Source: Alphaproteobacteria bacterium UBA6149
Lineage (GTDB): Bacteria > Pseudomonadota > Alphaproteobacteria > Rickettsiales > UBA998
Direction of reading: 5' to 3'
DNA: 64,000 bases
Assembly: GCA_002423155.1 (NCBI GenBank)
Contig: DIUV01000045.1
Coordinates: forward strand, 3,276-67,275
The stretch's first letter is position 1, and every line of letters starts with the position of its first letter. The notes below the pieces were generated by a model. That model was not told the DNA's origin. It saw only the letters and a program-made list of their open reading frames with translations, and did no database searches. Position numbers and translations under genes: made by a program. Below are positions 47,138-56,135 of the stretch, piece by piece.

Positions 47138-48236
47138 TTATAATAATTATAATAATTATAGTAATGATGATAATGTAATCAGCCTGCATGTTGCTGCGCA
47201 AGAAACCAGGCCACAAATTGCTGTCTGGGCAATTGCTTTGTTTATGAGCGTTATGCATGGTTTAAACCTGATAGTATTATTAGCTAATGCACATTTTTAT
47301 GGCTGGCTAATTTGCCATTTTGCTTTGGCGATAATTACTTTTTTTATCACTGCCATCATTAATAAAAATGCTAATGAAGATAGCCGCTTTTTGCAGTTGC
47401 TTTCCTTGGTCTCGCTGCCGTTAGGTATTTTCGGTACGCTGGGGGTTTTGCTTAGTTTAATTCGCATAAAATCTTACCTGAAACGCGCCTTATCTTTTGA
47501 ACAATGGCGTGATTTTATTTTCCCCCCCTTGGTAAAAAGCTTAGCACAAAATATTGATGAATCCTTGTTATCGGGGCGCGATGAGGCGGCATCTACTTAC
47601 CAAGTAACTTCTTTTTATGATGTTATTTTATACGGAAATGAAGCACAAAAACGCCAAGCCTTAACGCGGATGACCATGAATTTCAGCCCGGTTTTTGCTC
47701 CTTGTTTTTTACGTGCCCTACAAGATTCCTCGCCAACTATTCGTGTGCAAGCAGCTACTTCTATTGTGCGGATTGAACATGAATTTACCCAAAAAACTTT
47801 TGAGCTGGAAGCTGCCTATAAAAAGAATCAAAAAGTTAGTTTGGCATTGGCAAACCATTATGATGAATATGCATTCACAGGCTTGTTAGATGGACAACGA
47901 GCACAAGAATATCGTGAAAAAGCGCTTAAATTATACAGCGAAGCTTTTGCACAAGGTGCAGGACGCAACGAAAGAACTCGCCTGATTTATGGTAGATTAT
48001 TAATGCGTAGTGATATGCTCGAAGATGCTATCCAATGGTTTAATCAATGTATAAAAACTGGGGATGAACCAAGCATGATAGTGCCATGGCTGGCAGAAAG
48101 TCTATATGCGGCACAAAAATGGGAAGAATTACGCGAAATATCCCGCCGTTTCCATACTCAGCTTACAGGCGGAGTTGGTGAAGCATTACAATATTGCTCT
48201 GCTCCCGCTTGGGCAAGAAAGGCGGTGGCTTTATGA
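47127..48236 (+). CDS. pelE: PelE-like inner-membrane TPR protein
   Basis: The start MQRNYNN overlaps pelD by 11 nt. It has N-terminal TM helices and then helical-repeat (TPR-like) sequence. The stop overlaps the pelF start (ATGA). Confidence 0.62.
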   Translation: MQRNYNNYNNYSNDDNVISLHVAAQETRPQIAVWAIALFMSVMHGLNLIVLLANAHFYGWLICHFALAIITFFITAIINKNANEDSRFLQLLSLVSLPLGIFGTLGVLLSLIRIKSYLKRALSFEQWRDFIFPPLVKSLAQNIDESLLSGRDEAASTYQVTSFYDVILYGNEAQKRQALTRMTMNFSPVFAPCFLRALQDSSPTIRVQAATSIVRIEHEFTQKTFELEAAYKKNQKVSLALANHYDEYAFTGLLDGQRAQEYREKALKLYSEAFAQGAGRNERTRLIYGRLLMRSDMLEDAIQWFNQCIKTGDEPSMIVPWLAESLYAAQKWEELREISRRFHTQLTGGVGEALQYCSAPAWARKAVAL

Positions 48237-49723
48237 TTAATCATTTTAATAATAAAACTGCGGATGTTTGCTTAATCTTAGAAGGAAGCTATCCGTATGT
48301 GCGCGGTGGAGTTTCTTATTGGACGCATGATTTAATCTTGCAACATCCGAATTTAAGCTTTCATATTGTAAGTATTTTACCGCGCGATGCTCGGTTAGAA
48401 TCTTATTATGAAATGCCTGCTAATGTGGTGGGTTGCACTAATATTCATCTGCAATTATTGCCTAAACATAAAATTAGCAATAATACCAACTCGCTCTTGC
48501 ATAAAAAAATAATTCATAATCTGCACAAGCCTCTGAAAGCGCTAACCACAGGCACGGCTAATTTAGAAGATTTTAGAACTATTCTAAATGCAGTTTCCCA
48601 AATACAAGATCCACAAACATTGCTGGATAGCCCAGAAGCTTGGGCATTGCTTTGCACGCTTTATGAAGCATCTTACGAAGAAAGTTCCATGCTGGATTAT
48701 TTCTGGTCTTGGCGTGCGGTAATGGGGGCATTATTTTCTTTGAACAATGCCAAAATACCCAAAGCACGGATTTATCATGCGATTAGCACCGGTTATGCAG
48801 GCTTGTTTGCCACTCGTGCCCATTTGGAAACCAAGCGTAACATGCTGATTACCGAACACGGAATTTATACTAATGAGCGGCGCATCGAAATTGCTACCGC
48901 CGATTGGCTGGAAGAAACCGCCTCTAATAGCCTGACTATTGACTATACTCGCCGCGATTTACGCGATTTTTGGATAACTAGTTTCACTAATTATTCACGC
49001 ATTGCCTATGAAGCAGCGGCGCAAATCATCACCTTGTTTGAAGGTAATCGCCAAGCACAATTAGCCGATGGTGCTCCGGCTGAGAAATCTATTGTTATTT
49101 CTAACTCGGTAGATTTTGATAAATTCTCACGCATAAACCCGCAGGCAAAATCACGTCCAACTATTGGCATGATTGCGCGGATTACCAACATCAAAGATGT
49201 TAAATGCTTCATTCGCGGTATGGCAATTTTGCGGCAAGCGCACCCAGAAGCACAAGCAATGATAATTGGTCCGACCGAAGAAACCCCTGATTATGCACAA
49301 GAATGTATCGAATTAGTTGCCCATCTCGGACAAGCTGAACATATTATATTCACAGGAATGATGGATATTGTAAAAGCGCTGGAAGAAATAGATGTAATCG
49401 TGCTCACCAGTATCAGCGAAGCACAGCCGTTAATCGTGCTAGAAGCAGGTGCGGCAGGTATTCCTATTATTGCTACTGACGTGGGTGCTTGTGCAGAAAT
49501 GCTGCGCGGCAAAGCGGATGAGAAACCTAATTTGGGCGATGGCGGCATTATTATTCCTACTGCCAACCCCGTAGCCTTAGCTAATGCCGCGCAATATCTC
49601 TTATTAAACCCACAAATGCGTAAGCAATATGGGGAAAATATGCGTAAACGCGTAGCCACATATTATACGGTGGCGGTGCAACAAGAGGCATATAAAGAAA
49701 TATATAAAAAATGGATGGATTAG
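48233..49723 (+). CDS. pelF: PelF glycosyltransferase (GT4)
   Basis: The N-terminus (ADVCLILEGSYPYVRGGVSYWTHDLI) closely resembles P. aeruginosa PelF as I recall it. It has a GT-B C-terminal motif (LTSISEAQPLIVLEAGAAGIPIIATDVG). 496 aa. Confidence 0.88.
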   Translation: MINHFNNKTADVCLILEGSYPYVRGGVSYWTHDLILQHPNLSFHIVSILPRDARLESYYEMPANVVGCTNIHLQLLPKHKISNNTNSLLHKKIIHNLHKPLKALTTGTANLEDFRTILNAVSQIQDPQTLLDSPEAWALLCTLYEASYEESSMLDYFWSWRAVMGALFSLNNAKIPKARIYHAISTGYAGLFATRAHLETKRNMLITEHGIYTNERRIEIATADWLEETASNSLTIDYTRRDLRDFWITSFTNYSRIAYEAAAQIITLFEGNRQAQLADGAPAEKSIVISNSVDFDKFSRINPQAKSRPTIGMIARITNIKDVKCFIRGMAILRQAHPEAQAMIIGPTEETPDYAQECIELVAHLGQAEHIIFTGMMDIVKALEEIDVIVLTSISEAQPLIVLEAGAAGIPIIATDVGACAEMLRGKADEKPNLGDGGIIIPTANPVALANAAQYLLLNPQMRKQYGENMRKRVATYYTVAVQQEAYKEIYKKWMD

Positions 49724-49741
49724 TATGGATGGATTAGTTAA

Positions 49742-51157
49742 ATGGCAGGCATAGGTTTCGCATTAAAGAGCTTAACTCGGCAAGATAATTTGCTCGGAGT
49801 ATGGGGAGCTTTTATCCATGCGGCATTAGTAGTGGCAGGTCCATGGATTTTTACCGTTTTAGGAATTGCACTAATTGCCCTGGTAACTGGTGGAAATAAT
49901 GACCTGACTACCTTAAATTTTCGCGGCATTATAACTTATAATTTTTCTTTTTCTTTAGTATTAACCGCGCCTATTACCATTGTAGTTACACGCTTTTTAG
50001 CCGATCAAATCCATCTACGGGATGTAACTCAAGCACCTGCAGTGTTGTTTTACGCACTAAAGATTATCATGATGGGCCTGTTTCTAGTCGGAGGTTTATT
50101 TTATTTTTTAGCGACCAGCTATCAATTTAGCATTCAAATCTCTGCCATAGTTAATCTCTGTCTAATCGGAGGAATTTGGCTGCTGGGGATTTATTTATTG
50201 GCATTAAAAGATTATTTAAGTGTGAGTTTTTCTTTTGCTACTGGCATGTTAGTCGGAGTAATCGCGGCTTTTTTATTGAGTAATTATGGAGTGCTGGGTG
50301 TTTTAAACGGTTTTTCTATTGGTTTAACCTGGATTTTCTTTTGCCTGTTGGCAAAAATATTGGCGGAATATCCTTCACGCCTAGATGAGCAAACAAATTG
50401 GAATACACCCACCCAAATTCAGCCCACCCAATTTAAAGGATATTTCAAACACCATCGCTGCTTGATGATTTTCAGCTTTTGCTATAGCGCAGCAATCTGG
50501 GTGGATAAATGGATATTTTGGTATTTTGCCCCCGAAGCGGAATCTTTGAGCGCAGGACTACATTATTTTGGGATATATGATAATGCATTATTTCTTGCAT
50601 ATCTCACCTTATTACCTGCCCTTGCGCTATTTGTGATTAATGTGGAAACTGATTTTTTCAAGAATTATCAAAGATTCTATGAGGATATTTTATCTCATCA
50701 ATCTTTGCGAATTATCCGTAGTAATCAGAAAAAAATTCTCAGCTCTTTATTGCGAGGATTGCGGCATTTTCTAATCTTACAAGGAGTCTTTTCCTTGCTC
50801 ATTATTACTACTGCCCCTGCTTTATTAGATTTTTTACATCTTTCTTTTCTGCAAGTCGGCATGTTTAAATTAGGAACTTTGGGTGCATTTTTTCATGGAT
50901 TAATTTTATTTGGATTAGTGCTGTTATCTTACTTTGATTGTCGGCGTGAATTAGTAATTTTATCGGCTAGTTTTCTCATCAGTAATATTATTTTCACGTT
51001 CACGAGCATTTTTCTAGGTTTCAATTGGTATGGCTATGGATATTTCTTCTCCTGCTTACTAACCAGCTTATTAACAATGATAACTTTATTAAACCACGTG
51101 CGCCATTTGCCTTATCACGCTTTTGTAACACATAATCAGGCGGTTGAAGCGGTTTGA
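49742..51157 (+). CDS. pelG: PelG polysaccharide exporter-like membrane protein
   Basis: It starts MAGIGFALKSLTRQD..., like PelG MAGIGFELRK. 471 aa and polytopic, with about 12 TM helices. Confidence 0.88.
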   Translation: MAGIGFALKSLTRQDNLLGVWGAFIHAALVVAGPWIFTVLGIALIALVTGGNNDLTTLNFRGIITYNFSFSLVLTAPITIVVTRFLADQIHLRDVTQAPAVLFYALKIIMMGLFLVGGLFYFLATSYQFSIQISAIVNLCLIGGIWLLGIYLLALKDYLSVSFSFATGMLVGVIAAFLLSNYGVLGVLNGFSIGLTWIFFCLLAKILAEYPSRLDEQTNWNTPTQIQPTQFKGYFKHHRCLMIFSFCYSAAIWVDKWIFWYFAPEAESLSAGLHYFGIYDNALFLAYLTLLPALALFVINVETDFFKNYQRFYEDILSHQSLRIIRSNQKKILSSLLRGLRHFLILQGVFSLLIITTAPALLDFLHLSFLQVGMFKLGTLGAFFHGLILFGLVLLSYFDCRRELVILSASFLISNIIFTFTSIFLGFNWYGYGYFFSCLLTSLLTMITLLNHVRHLPYHAFVTHNQAVEAV

Positions 51158-51170
51158 TAACAAATATGTC

Positions 51171-51209
51171 TGGGAGAGTATCTGGCTGGGAGAGTATCTG
51201 GCTGGGAGA
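51171..51209. repeat. 16-bp tandem duplication that includes the 3' end of tRNA-Gln
   Basis: tgggagagtatctggc (51171-86), tgggagagtatctggc (51187-202), tgggaga (51203-09). The last unit is the tRNA acceptor strand. Confidence 0.85.
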
Positions 51210-51272
51210 CTAGGATTCGAACCTAGATTGACGGAGTCAGAGTCCGCTGTCCTACCATTAGACGATCTCCCA
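51199..51272 (-). tRNA. tRNA-Gln (anticodon CUG), CCA encoded
   Basis: A manual cloverleaf on the minus strand fits: TGGGAGA acceptor, D arm GTCT/GGAC, anticodon arm GCGGA-CTCTGAC-TCCGT, T arm CTAGG-TTCGAAT-CCTAG, then TCTCCCA-G-CCA. 74 nt. Confidence 0.9.
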
Positions 51273-51333
51273 AATAATAAACCCAGCAATCCCTAGCGCA
51301 AATGTTCTATATATAGCAAGCAGTTTTTGTTAT

Positions 51334-51522
51334 GGCAATTTCACCAATCGTTAATTTTGTCTTTTTGCAATAAAACTCTCTATTGTCATGCAGCACGTAG
51401 AGCGGCATCCATGCAAAACCATTGGCTTATCCGCTAGTTGATAGGCATGGATACCGCCCTGCGGCGGCATGACAATAGATATTTTAGTGAAAAAAGACAA
51501 AATTAACGATTGGTGAAATCGC
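51334..51522. repeat. Family-B long-form nested palindromic element (copy B8)
   Basis: ggcaatttcaccaatcgttaattttgtctttttg ... caaaattaacgattggtgaaatcgc. The core is gtcatgcagcacgtagagcggcatccatgc / ggcatggataccgccctgcggcggcatgac. Confidence 0.85.
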
Positions 51523-51631
51523 ACTGTAGTTTTTGCGAGATATAAAATTCATAATAAAATACCTAATTGCATCAAGCTACATCTCCTGTTACTTATCCAA
51601 CAAGTTTGCAAAAAAATTGAAAGGAACTATT

Positions 51632-52195
51632 ATGAAAATTGACGGCGTATCTATTCGTCCCGGCTATGTACTTGAATATAACAACAATCTTTGGGCAGTG
51701 ACCAAAACACAGCATACGCAACCAGGAAAAGGTGGCGCCTATATGCAGGTGGAAATGAAAGATGTTAAGCATGGCACCAAAACCAATGTACGCTTTCGTT
51801 CGGACGAAAAAGTAGAAAAAGTTCGCCTGGATCAAGTTGATTTCCAGTTTTTATATGTAGAAGGTAATGATATTCATTTCATGCACCAAGAAACTTTTGA
51901 ACAAATAACTCTACCTGTTAGCCTGCTAGATGAGCGCGTTGCCTATTTGCAAGAAGGTATGATTGTGCAAATAGAAATGTATGACGAAGACGCAATCAGC
52001 GCACAATTACCTGAACATGTAGTTTTAGAAGTAGTGGAAACTGAGCCCGTGGTTAAGGGTCAGACTGCGGCTTCTTCTTATAAACCTTCTATTTTAAATA
52101 ATGGGGTTAGGGTTATGGTGCCACCTTTTATTGAAACCGGCACTAAAATCATTGTAAATACTACTGATTCTTCGTACGTTGAACGTGCGAAATAG
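51632..52195 (+). CDS. efp: Elongation factor P
   Basis: [44 protein letters not shown]. An RBS (aaagga) lies 7 nt upstream of the ATG at 51632. The longer ORF from 51533 runs into repeat B8. Confidence 0.92.
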   Translation: MKIDGVSIRPGYVLEYNNNLWAVTKTQHTQPGKGGAYMQVEMKDVKHGTKTNVRFRSDEKVEKVRLDQVDFQFLYVEGNDIHFMHQETFEQITLPVSLLDERVAYLQEGMIVQIEMYDEDAISAQLPEHVVLEVVETEPVVKGQTAASSYKPSILNNGVRVMVPPFIETGTKIIVNTTDSSYVERAK

Positions 52196-52244
52196 TTTAT
52201 TTAAGAAGCGGAGATAATATATAGTGGAAGCAGCCAGTAATAAT

Positions 52245-53036
52245 ATGCCCATCCAATCACCATTAATTAATGTGATGGTGTCGGCGGTACGTAAAGCCTC
52301 TCGCGGATTGATGCGCGATTTTGGCGAAGTGGATCATTTGCAAATTTCGCGCAAAGGTCCTTCTGATTTTGTTACTGAAACGGATTTGCGTACCGAAAAA
52401 TTATTAAAAGCGGAGCTGCATAAATCGCGCCCTAAATTTGGTTTTTTGCTGGAAGAAAGTGGCGAATTTCCTAGCGAAGAATCCGAATTTCGCTGGGTGG
52501 TCGATCCTTTAGACGGCACGACTAATTTTATCCATGCTATACCTTATTTCTGTATTTCTATTGGGGTAGAAAAAATCACCGATAAAGGGAGTGAAATCAT
52601 TGCAGGGGTGATTTATGATCCTATCCATGATGAATTATTCATGGCGGAAAAAGACAAAGGCGCTTATCTGAATCAAAGACGTTTACGGGTTTCCCCTCGT
52701 CGTTCTGATTTTTATTTCGTTACGGGTACGTCGCGTAGTTCTAGCCCTTATGCTGGGGCATCTGCTAAGTTAAATCAACATGTTACTACGTTAGACGGCG
52801 TTTTTCGTCGCAGTGGTTCCGCCGCTTTAGATTTGGCTTATGTGGCAGCTGCGCGTTATGATGCTTGCTGGTTTCCTAATTTAAAAAAATGGGATATGGC
52901 AGCAGGAATAATTCTGGTAAAAGAAGCAGGCGGCATTATCTCGCCACTTGGTCACGCGCAAGACGCCTACCAAGATGGCGCAATCTTGGCGGCCAGCCCT
53001 GAATCTCATCCGTTATTAATTGTCGGACAATCTTAG
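52245..53036 (+). CDS. suhB: Inositol monophosphatase family protein (SuhB-like)
   Basis: WVVDPLDGTTNF, WDMAAG, and the EESG pattern. Start chosen at the ATG at 52245. Confidence 0.82.
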   Translation: MPIQSPLINVMVSAVRKASRGLMRDFGEVDHLQISRKGPSDFVTETDLRTEKLLKAELHKSRPKFGFLLEESGEFPSEESEFRWVVDPLDGTTNFIHAIPYFCISIGVEKITDKGSEIIAGVIYDPIHDELFMAEKDKGAYLNQRRLRVSPRRSDFYFVTGTSRSSSPYAGASAKLNQHVTTLDGVFRRSGSAALDLAYVAAARYDACWFPNLKKWDMAAGIILVKEAGGIISPLGHAQDAYQDGAILAASPESHPLLIVGQS

Positions 53037-53198
53037 AACCTGTCGCCAATCTTTTTATTTTGGCAATTTTTTCTAGTTTTGAGCGAAAATAGCAAGACAA
53101 TTCGAGAGTATAGCTATTCTATTTCAAGAATTGTCTTGCTATTTGCAGCCAAAATTGGGAGAAATGGACAAATAAAAAGATTGGCGACAGGTTCTTAA
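53033..53198. repeat. Family-D palindromic element
   Basis: The terminal inverted repeat is agaacctgtcgccaatctttttatt / aataaaaagattggcgacaggttct. The inner one is aaaatagcaagacaattc / gaattgtcttgctatttg. The left end overlaps the suhB-like stop codon. Confidence 0.8.
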
Positions 53199-53213
53199 TT
53201 TTAAGCAGGTTAT

Positions 53214-55013
53214 ATGCACTACAATCGTACTAAAAACTTATTAATTGCCACCTCATTATGCATTGGGGGAGCAATCATGCTTTCTAATTCCGCACAAGCA
53301 CGCATTCGTTTGCTGCCTAAACAACCAAGCATAGAAGTGCATTTAGAAGTTTTGGATAATTTAAGTGCAGAATTTTATCCACCAGCTTTTGAAAAAACTC
53401 CGTTGGTAAAACCATTGGCAAAACCATCATCGGCAAACGCAAATAAAGCAACCGAGCCAGCAAAAGCTGCGCCGATTGCTACTCCTGTAACCGCAACACC
53501 TCCTGCAGATAAAACTAACGCAAGCATAGAAAAAGGTCTGCCTGCTATTATTAGCGCACCTCCTGCGTTTAAAAGTACTAAACCATCGACAACTAAAACC
53601 GAAAAAGCCGAAGAATTTAAACCCATAAAGCCAAAAATAGAAAAGCCGAAGGAAAAAAGCCGAAAACCAGCCAAAAAAACAGAGCCGAAAACTCCCCCTA
53701 AAAAGCTGGAAAAACTGCCCGAGCCTGAGCTAAAACCTTCTGATTTAGATGATTTTTCCAAACTTCCAGCGATGAAACCACGCGAGGAAGCTCCAGAGGA
53801 AGTTAAAGTAGAAGACAAAAAAGCGCCTGTGCTTATTCCATTGCCAGAAAAAGCTAAAAAAGCCCCAGTAATAAAACCAGAAGTAATGGAACCAACATTA
53901 CCAGCAATGCCCGAAGCAAAAAAGGAATCATTGCCTGCGCTGCCGCCTGTTCCTGCTTTAAGAGTAAAACCAGCTGAACTACCAGCAAAATTACCAGCAG
54001 CACCAATAGCGCCCACCGAACAAGCCGCGCCTTTGCCGCCAATTTCAGCCGATGAATTGCCAGCCCCTCCACCAGCTGATGCAGCAAAACCAGAAGCCCC
54101 CAAAGCAATAGAAGATAAAAAATCAGAAGGTTGGTTTGGAAAAATCAAATCCAAAATGTTTAGTGGAGATAAACCAGAAACAATAGAGCCAAAAACTGAA
54201 GATAAAGCATTACCAAAGCCGCCTAGCGCTGATGATATGCCGCCAATTCCTGCTGTTCCTGCTAACTTGCCAACGGCGGCGGATAAATCTGGCTTGCCAG
54301 AATTACCCACAGGAAATGCTCCCAATATGGAACTTCCCGAAATGCCCGCATTACCCGTTATGCCTGCGGATAAAGCTCCGTCTGGTAATGCAAGCAATAA
54401 CGCGGCTTTACCTGATCTGCCAGGATTACCATCCAAAACCCCTCCCGCTCCATTGCCTGATGCAGCGAAGAAGGCGGTTGATACGGCAGTAACCCCAGTT
54501 GCCGAAACGCAATTACCAATGTTGGACGCAAAAACTCCCCCCAGCAAATTACCAACCCCAGACTTGCCAACACCAGCATTACCAAGTTTGAGCCCAGAAC
54601 CTACACTACCGCCGATAAAAGAAGCGGTGAAAAAACCTGAGCCACAAAAAACAGAGTCCCCAAAGCCAGAGCAAGTAGAACCCGCTCCAGCTAAATCAAC
54701 CAGTGATAATGTATCATTAAGTATAGCTTATGGTGCAAATGAAACCGACGTACCTGCCAGCGTACAAGGTAAACTAAAAGAACTAGCACAAAAACTAATT
54801 AGCGATAAAAAATTGACAGTTAGCGTTATTTCTTACGCCGCAGGAACCGAAGATCAAGCAAGCATTGCTCGCCGCGTATCACTTTCTCGAGCATTAGCAG
54901 TGCGTGCATTTATTATTGATCTGGGCGTAGATAATTTACGCATTAATGTTCAAGCACAGGGCAATAAAAATCCCAGCGGCAACCCAGAACGTACCGATAT
55001 TGTTATAAATTAG
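53214..55013 (+). CDS. Pro/Ala/Lys-rich envelope protein with C-terminal OmpA/MotB-like domain
   Basis: An N-terminal signal/anchor (LLIATSLCIGGAIMLSNSAQA), about 450 aa of P/A/K/E-rich low complexity, and a C-terminal peptidoglycan-binding-like domain (SIAYGANETDVPA...ISYAAGTEDQASIARRVSLSRALAVRAFIIDLGV). Confidence 0.7.
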   Translation: MHYNRTKNLLIATSLCIGGAIMLSNSAQARIRLLPKQPSIEVHLEVLDNLSAEFYPPAFEKTPLVKPLAKPSSANANKATEPAKAAPIATPVTATPPADKTNASIEKGLPAIISAPPAFKSTKPSTTKTEKAEEFKPIKPKIEKPKEKSRKPAKKTEPKTPPKKLEKLPEPELKPSDLDDFSKLPAMKPREEAPEEVKVEDKKAPVLIPLPEKAKKAPVIKPEVMEPTLPAMPEAKKESLPALPPVPALRVKPAELPAKLPAAPIAPTEQAAPLPPISADELPAPPPADAAKPEAPKAIEDKKSEGWFGKIKSKMFSGDKPETIEPKTEDKALPKPPSADDMPPIPAVPANLPTAADKSGLPELPTGNAPNMELPEMPALPVMPADKAPSGNASNNAALPDLPGLPSKTPPAPLPDAAKKAVDTAVTPVAETQLPMLDAKTPPSKLPTPDLPTPALPSLSPEPTLPPIKEAVKKPEPQKTESPKPEQVEPAPAKSTSDNVSLSIAYGANETDVPASVQGKLKELAQKLISDKKLTVSVISYAAGTEDQASIARRVSLSRALAVRAFIIDLGVDNLRINVQAQGNKNPSGNPERTDIVIN

Positions 55014-55083
55014 ATTGATTGCGCACAACTACCCTACACGTTTTTGTCGCCATAAAATGCTTATAATACATTACACTACTATT

Positions 55084-56094
55084 TTAGCTAGCAATTCTGT
55101 GCACATGTTGTGCTTGCATCGCGTAAAAATCGTTGAGCGATTGCTTAACTTCTTCAGGATTTTCTAACTGATTTACTTTATGTCGAAACTCAGCTGCGCC
55201 GTATAAGCCACTGACATACCAGCCTAAATGTTTGCGTGCAACGCGGATGCCATTTTCTATTCCATAGAGTTCAAGCATTTCTTCGTAATGTTCTAACACC
55301 ACTTGTTGTTGAGTTTCTAAGCTGGGTGCTGCTGGGGATGCTTCGCCGCGTAAATGCGCACATATTTGCGCTAAAAACCATGGGCGACCATAGCTGCCCC
55401 GTCCAATCATCACTCCATCTGCGCCCGATAGCTGTAATGCATTATCCACATCCGCTAAACTAGTTATATCACCATTTACGATAATCGGCAGATTTACCGC
55501 CTCTTTCACCTGCCTAACAAACCGCCAATCTGCCTCGCCTTTATACATCTGGCAACGGGTGCGCCCGTGAATAACAATCATTTTTATGCCTACTTCTTCG
55601 GCAATTTTAGCGATTTTGGGGGCATTTAAGCTGTTACTATCCCAACCCATACGCATTTTTAAAGTTACGGGGATTTTTACTGCTTTAGCAACTGCTTCTA
55701 AAATCTGCCCAGCTAGTGGCTCATCACGCATCAGCGCGGAACCAGCGTAGGAATTTACCACTTTTTTTACTGGGCAGCCAAAATTTATGTCGATAATATC
55801 TGCGCCCTGCGCCTCGTTAATGCGTGCCGCTTCTGCCATAACATCGGGTTCGCAACCAGCTAGTTGCACCGCCATAGGAGATTCCACTTTTTCCATGCGT
55901 GACATGCGCATGGTATTTTTAGTTTGTAAAATCATTGCTTTACTCGCAATCATTTCGGAAACTACCATACCCACGCCAAATTTTTTCACTAATTTACGAA
56001 AAGGTAAATCCGACACTCCCGTCATGGGAGCGAGCAAAACGGGGTCGCTTAAGGTGATATTGCCTATGGTAATTGGTGTGCGGTTTGCTATCAT
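55084..56094 (-). CDS. dusB: tRNA-dihydrouridine synthase (DusB / NifR3 family)
   Basis: [42 protein letters not shown]. Confidence 0.9.
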   Translation of the reverse strand: MIANRTPITIGNITLSDPVLLAPMTGVSDLPFRKLVKKFGVGMVVSEMIASKAMILQTKNTMRMSRMEKVESPMAVQLAGCEPDVMAEAARINEAQGADIIDINFGCPVKKVVNSYAGSALMRDEPLAGQILEAVAKAVKIPVTLKMRMGWDSNSLNAPKIAKIAEEVGIKMIVIHGRTRCQMYKGEADWRFVRQVKEAVNLPIIVNGDITSLADVDNALQLSGADGVMIGRGSYGRPWFLAQICAHLRGEASPAAPSLETQQQVVLEHYEEMLELYGIENGIRVARKHLGWYVSGLYGAAEFRHKVNQLENPEEVKQSLNDFYAMQAQHVHRIAS

Positions 56095-56135
56095 GACACT
56101 TAACTATTAAATTCAAAGCGAGTATCTTAATTTAT

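Noticed and set aside
53375-54547. A 390-codon ORF on the minus strand (plus several shorter ones) antisense to the Pro-rich protein gene.
   Set aside because: Its product is Gly/Ala/Ser low complexity, which simply mirrors the P/A/K-rich plus-strand coding sequence. The plus-strand ORF has a signal peptide and an OmpA-like domain, while the antisense one has no start context and no motif.
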